This document shows, in pieces, positions 57,587-64,000 of a stretch of 64,000 nucleotides of DNA. The stretch lies in NCBI RefSeq assembly GCF_009914755.1, contig NC_060943.1. One strand, 5' to 3'. The notes beneath the pieces are model-generated. The model was not told the DNA's origin. It did not search any database and saw only the letters and a list, made by a program, of their open reading frames with translations. Position 1 is the stretch's first letter; every line of letters begins with the position of its first letter. A program made the position numbers and the translations under genes. This stretch comes from the human T2T-CHM13v2.0 reference genome, Homo sapiens.

Positions 57587-57709
57587 CTGCGGCTGGGGGA
57601 CTGGGGCTCCTGCTTGAGGATGGGGAACAGCGGCTCGCTCTCCACGCCCTGCTCCTGCTTCAGTTTGTACAGCTTCTGCCGCAGCACGTCCTGGTGGCGC
57701 TCACGCAGC
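57587..57709 (-). CDS. CACTIN: CACTIN exon
   Basis: LRERHQDVLRQKLYKLKQEQGVESEPLFPILKQEPQSPSR; CAG|...AG|GTAGGC. Confidence 0.94.
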
Positions 57710-58520
57710 CTGGGACGCAGGGCCGGGGTCACCCGCATGGAGGCGAAGGGGCTCCGCGCCCCACCCCCACCGAGACTCTCACGCCCCTTATTGCTGCAAG
57801 GACCCTGAGAAGGTGGCGAGCAGCCACGGCTCTGGCTGGGACCTTTGCCCAGGCTTGGTCAGTTCAGGGTCAAGGCTTATGGGAGAGAGGACGAGAGGAC
57901 GCAGGTACCCTGGTGAACCATCCCATGGCAGGGAGAGGTGGGTCTCTGTCTCACGCTGCAGTCTCAGTGTCTTGTGGCTGGGGCTGGCCAGGAGAAGGGG
58001 CCCAGCAGGACACCAGCCAACAAGCATGATAAATTTAGAGACATTTACAAATTAGCAGAGGAGACATGTATTTACACAGCGGTGCCAAAAACACTCCAGA
58101 AATCTGTACACAGCCAGAGGCCGGGAGGCAGCAGCGCTGGGAGGGCGCAGGCCTGGGCGCAAGGCAGTTGGGGACAGGCAGGCCGCCTGGGGGCTTCCTG
58201 TGATGCCATGGCTGCTGGAGCGCGCCAGGTACTCGTTAAAGGGCGGAAGCTCCTGGGGAGCTCTGTGAGACCAACAGGGCTGACTCCAGGTGAGGGCACT
58301 GGAGCATCCTGGGGCCTTCCCGCTAGGGCACGGGACTACGCGCCCCCCGGCCCCCCTTCGTCACTCACAGGCTGGCCCCGGCCAGTCGGCACTTTCCTGC
58401 CCCTCTCCACCCCACATGGTCCCAGGAGGAGGCGAGACCCACCCCACCCAGGACTCAGGAGGGGGCGAAACCCATCCCACCCGGACGGCACCAACCCTGG
58501 TACCCGCACCTAGTGCTCAC

Positions 58521-58713
58521 CGGGCCCGCGCCATGTGGGCACGAAGCTGCTGCAGGAGGCTCTCCCAGTAGCCCATGTCCAGGTTGGGGCCACCAGCGCG
58601 GATTTTGCCCTCGATGCCCTGGAAGATGACCTGCAGCTGGTTGTATGTCTTCCCCTTGAACACCGACTGCACATCAGAGCTGACGGAGGCGTTGACCCCC
58701 TCGCGGCGCTCAC
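58521..58713 (-). CDS. CACTIN: CACTIN exon (Cactin_mid)
   Basis: ERREGVNASVSSDVQSVFKGKTYNQLQVIFQGIEGKIRAGGPNLDMGYWESLLQQLRAHMARA; phase 1 in, phase 2 out. Confidence 0.95.
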
Positions 58714-60451
58714 CTGCAGCGGGGTGGGGGCATGGGGGGGCGGTTCCACATTTCCTACGTGCTCCTCCACCCCATCAGGGCCTCCTCCCCTGCCATGGGG
58801 GGGTCCCCCTCCCCTCCTCTTCCCCCACAGGGGTCCCATCCAGTCCCGCCACCTCCCTGGTCTCAGGTTGTCCCCACCCTGGCCACAGCGGAGGGGAGGG
58901 GGTGGGCGGAGGTTGGGAGCCACGTTAAGATGCAGTTGCTGAGGCCTTGACCTGGAGGCCCAGGCCCCCAGCGTGTGGGAGGCCAGGACTGGCCCTGAGA
59001 ATGCCCCTCCCCAGGTGAGTCTGATATGTGGGTCTGGGAACCCTAGTTGTGGGCCCGGCCCACCAACCTGGCCCAACTCTGCCCTGGCCTTGGGCAGTCC
59101 ATGAGGGGGTTGGGGGGTGTGCTCGGTAGCCAGGCTCTCTGGAATTCAGATCTTCTCTGCCAGCCTGGGCTGTGTGACTGTGGGCAAGTGGCCTGCCCTT
59201 TCTGGGCCTTAGTTTCCCTCTGTGAAGCCTAGCAAAGAAGGCCACCCTGCTGGCCCCTGGGGAAGTCCTGGGCCCGCCCCAGGACAAACGGCTCCCCACC
59301 GCCGCCCCCCATCCTACATGGAGTCTGTCTGGCATCTACCACTGGCCCAGGGGCCCGAGGCTCAAGTCCCTCCTCGATAGACGGGGAGGCTGCTGAGGGC
59401 GGGAGTGGGGTGCTGGGAGGCTGGAGCCTAGCCTGACTCCGCGTGCTCTGCCCCACACCACGTGGCATCCCGGCGGCCTCAGTGCTGCTCTCAGGCCACT
59501 TCCACCCACCCCGCTGGGTCTGGCCTCACCTCACAACCCTGCCCCTTGCTGCCCATGCCCAACCCCTGCCACCTCTGGGCCTTTGCACGCGCTGTGCTTC
59601 CTGCCAGCTACCCATCCTTCTCTGTCCCATTCGCTTCCTGAATTCCTCGCATCCTCCATGCTCAGTGAGAACATCCCTTCCGCCAGGAAGCCCTCCCTGA
59701 CCATCCAGCGATGGCAGCTTCCCGAGGCGGGCAATGGGGCTGGCTGCTGCTGTTCCCTGTGCCATGCTGGGCCCACAGGGAGCTTGGTGCATAGCTGCTG
59801 GTGACACACTGGGCGGGGGTGACCAGTGCAGGCACCCTGCTCGAGACCTGCCTTCTCCAGTCCCCGCTGGCGGACAGAGGGTCAAGAGGCCCACACCTAC
59901 ACCACAGGGGACTGGATAGAGTCTAGACGGACCCGAGTCCCCTCCAGCCAATCACCTGGGACCCTGGAATCGGCACCCAGAGCTGCAGCCCCTTTGCTGG
60001 GCGCTAAGTGGCACTGGAATCCGTGGCAGCCCCAGCCAAGCACAGCGCGGCCGTGCCCAGACAGGCGGGGCTACCACGAACACTGAAACCCAAGCAGAAG
60101 AGCCCAGCCGCGAGGCTCCCAGGAAGCCAGGCCAGGTGCCGCCAGGTCAGCGTCTATAGAAAGCCGGGTCTGGACATGCTGCTGCATGTCTGGATGCCTC
60201 CCGAATGCCCACAAGGGGGCCCGGGGGTCTAGGGGGTCCCAGCAGCTGCTAGAGGCTGGGGGTGCAGGCCAAGGGCCCTGGGGCTGCGTGGGGGAAAGGC
60301 CAGGCCCTACACAGGGTGGGAGGCTAATGAAGCTGAGCTGGGATGACACCCGTTGTCTACTGCACACCCTCCTGTAGGGTTAGAACTTCCTAGAAAAAGC
60401 TAGGTGCACCAAAATCTCACAAGTCACCACTAAAGAACTTATTCATGTAAA

Positions 60452-61806
<1,355 letters not shown>

Positions 61807-62299
61807 CCTGCAGCCGGTGGGTAGGGTCTGCGGCTTCTGAAGGAAAATGTACTGCACCCAGAAGTCTTTGCCCAGCCCCGCTGCCACCAGCAGGAGCACA
61901 CCAAGACCCTTAACGGACACACCTCTGATGCTGGAGAACTGCCCTGCCTCTCTGAGGTTACGGGAGAATGTGCCCCACGGAGGAGACCACTGGAGGGACA
62001 GGATGGCTGAGTGAACTCCACCTCCGGGGAACACACAGCTCCACTGAAAAAGAGGAAAGCCACAGGCTCTTTCCTAGGAAGGACCTGCCACAGACCACGC
62101 TGAGGGCTGCAAATGACACTGACCCAGCCTCCTGGGATCCTCGGCCACCATGATGGCACCCAAGGCCTGAGAGGGAGGGCAGGGGAAGGACCGGGTCTAT
62201 CGACAGGGATGCGTGGCCCATGAGAGCCAGGCACTGTTACAGCAGCCGCTGGGGCGTGGATTTTGGCGGGGAGGGGGCAGGGCTGCTGTGGTTGGCTTT

Positions 62300-62510
62300 T
62301 AGACCGGGCGGGGGGGGTCTCATCTAGGGCAATTCTGCCCCCAGGGGACTCTGGGCAACGTCTGGGGACATCTGCGGTTGTCAGGACTAGGGGTGCTCCT
62401 GACCCTGGGTGGAGGCCAGGGACGTTGCTCAGCACCCAGCAGTGTCCAGGACGGCCCCACCCTAGGGAACGGCCCAGCCCGCATGTCCGCAGTGCTCAGG
62501 GTAGACGCTT
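62300..62510. mobile_element. MER20-like remnant
   Basis: ttctgcccccaggggactctgggcaacgtctggggacatctgcggttgtcaggact...gggtggaggccagggacgttgct. Confidence 0.65.
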
Positions 62511-63000
62511 TAGAGCATCCCCGGTGACCATGTGTGTGCAACCACACGGAGGGGGGGGAAACGTGATTTTAAAAGCCCATCAGGTTGGAGGGGCACGAAC
62601 TGACGCACGGGACAGGGAGCGCCCTGAAGCTGGGCTGCACGGCCTTCAGGCCAGGTGGAGCGAGACTTGCTGTCAAACAGGCAGAGCCACTGAGAGCACT
62701 GAAACCCGAGCGGAAAGCCCCGTGGCTCCCATAAGGCCGGCACCGCCGAGTCAGCGTTAACGGGACGCTGGGTCTGGACGCTGCTGGCCCTGCACCCCAG
62801 ACAGAGGCCCGCCCCCCTCATCCCTCCCAGGGCCTACTGCCCGCTGCTGCCCCCTGGTGGCTCGGCCCAGAAGGGGAGGCCCCAGTTGGGGAAACCGAGG
62901 CCTGCAGAGAGCACCAGGCCCCACAGCAAGTCTGAGGCTTCTGGGTGAACACTGTAGCCCCCGCAGCTCCCCTGGAGCCCAGGCCCATGCCCGCCGTTAC

Positions 63001-63115
63001 CTGGCCCCTTGCCCGAGGCCTCCAGCTTGCGGAGCTTGGAGATCTCGTCCTCGGTGATGGTGGTCATGTCCCGCCAGAAGTCGGCGTTCTTGCCCTGCTC
63101 CAGCTCCATGTAGAC
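63001..63115 (-). CDS. CACTIN: CACTIN exon
   Basis: VYMELEQGKNADFWRDMTTITEDEISKLRKLEASGKGP; CAG|...G|GTAACG. Confidence 0.95.
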
Positions 63116-63205
63116 CTGGGGGCAGGGGGCAGGGGTCAGGACACGGGTGTGGCTGGGGTGGGGGTGAGGGTGCAGGTCAGAGGAGCATCGGGTGGGGCTG
63201 GGTAC

Positions 63206-63368
63206 CTGGATATCCTCCAGCAGGTCCTCCATGTCGGCCACGGTGAGGCCGTTGAGGAACGTGTAGGGCTCATGCATCTCCACGGCCAGATCGTCATCCT
63301 CAGCGCTGATGTACTTGGCCAGCAGGTCGATGGGCTTGGCCCGCCCGTCCCGGATGCGGATCTTGGAA
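63206..63368 (-). CDS. CACTIN: CACTIN exon (Cactin_mid); upstream exons lie right of the window
   Basis: SKIRIRDGRAKPIDLLAKYISAEDDDLAVEMHEPYTFLNGLTVADMEDLLEDIQ; CAG|...CAG|GTACCC. Confidence 0.96.
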
Positions 63369-64000
63369 CTGTGGGGAGCAGGGGAAGGTGGCATCAGAGC
63401 CTGGGCTGTGCCCTCCATGCTAAAGACCCTGCCCTTGGGGTGACCACACCAGTGGGAGCCGAGGAGGGGCCTGACCCGTTGGGGGTGGTCAGGGAAGGCT
63501 TCCTGGAGGAGGAGGAGGAGGAGGCATAAGGTAGAGTGAGCCGGGTCAGCCAAAGGGCGCAGGCCAGCAGTGCAGACAAAGTGCAAGCAGCGTGGACCCG
63601 GAGGTGGGCCAGGTGGGAGGGGCTTCCTGGAGGGCCTCTGGGATGTGCCCAGGATGGCGGCTTCTATGTGGGCTGTGATGGGGAAGAGTGGAGGAGCTGA
63701 AGCAGAGGCAGGCTGGGGGACCAGAGTAGTCACTGCCTTGCAACCACCTCCTCCCCCAGGCAGACCACTCGGGGCAGAGAGCCGGGTTTCTGTTCTGGGC
63801 CTGCAGGGGGGTACGCGTTGCAGGCGGGCCCTGGTCCAACCCAAGGGAACCCGTCACCAGGGAGGCCCGAGCTGGGAGGAGCCTGATGTCACCCGCCACG
63901 GGGCCCAAGGCAAGCAGGGACACCCCGGAGCCTCAGCTTGTCTGTAAACCAGGCGGATGGGGGTGCCACCCTCCTGGGTGGAGTGTGGGAGGGACAACTG

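Larger units (their letters stand above)
51400..58100 (+). ncRNA. CACTIN-AS1: Region of antisense lncRNA CACTIN-AS1 (boundaries approximate)
   Basis: From knowledge of the locus only; exons cannot be resolved from sequence. Confidence 0.35.

Overview
Human genomic DNA, GC-rich and very Alu-dense; the gene order matches chr19p13.3. Contents: MFSD12 first coding exon (-); complete HMG20B (+, nine coding exons, 317 aa); complete GIPC3 (+, six exons, 312 aa); complete TBXA2R (-, TPalpha 343 aa, TPbeta 407 aa); and the last six coding exons of CACTIN (-). All coding exons were placed by hand at GT/AG boundaries with consistent phases. Main finding: GIPC3 exon 5 has a second strong donor 13 nt downstream of the canonical one. 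Using it shifts exon 6 into a 2.8-kb open frame through the nominal 3'UTR, predicting a 1200-aa isoform with an S/T/Q/P-rich tail containing a 36-bp tandem repeat. A single missing C near 36730 appears to truncate a longer (1349-aa) frame. Other oddities: a two-tailed head-to-head RPS7 retrocopy, a 29-nt copy of TBXA2R coding sequence inside a nearby Alu, an Alu whose target-site duplication copied an HMG20B splice donor, a second Alu acceptor for TBXA2R, and a recursive-type splice site in CACTIN. Repeat family names come from motif recognition, not RepeatMasker.
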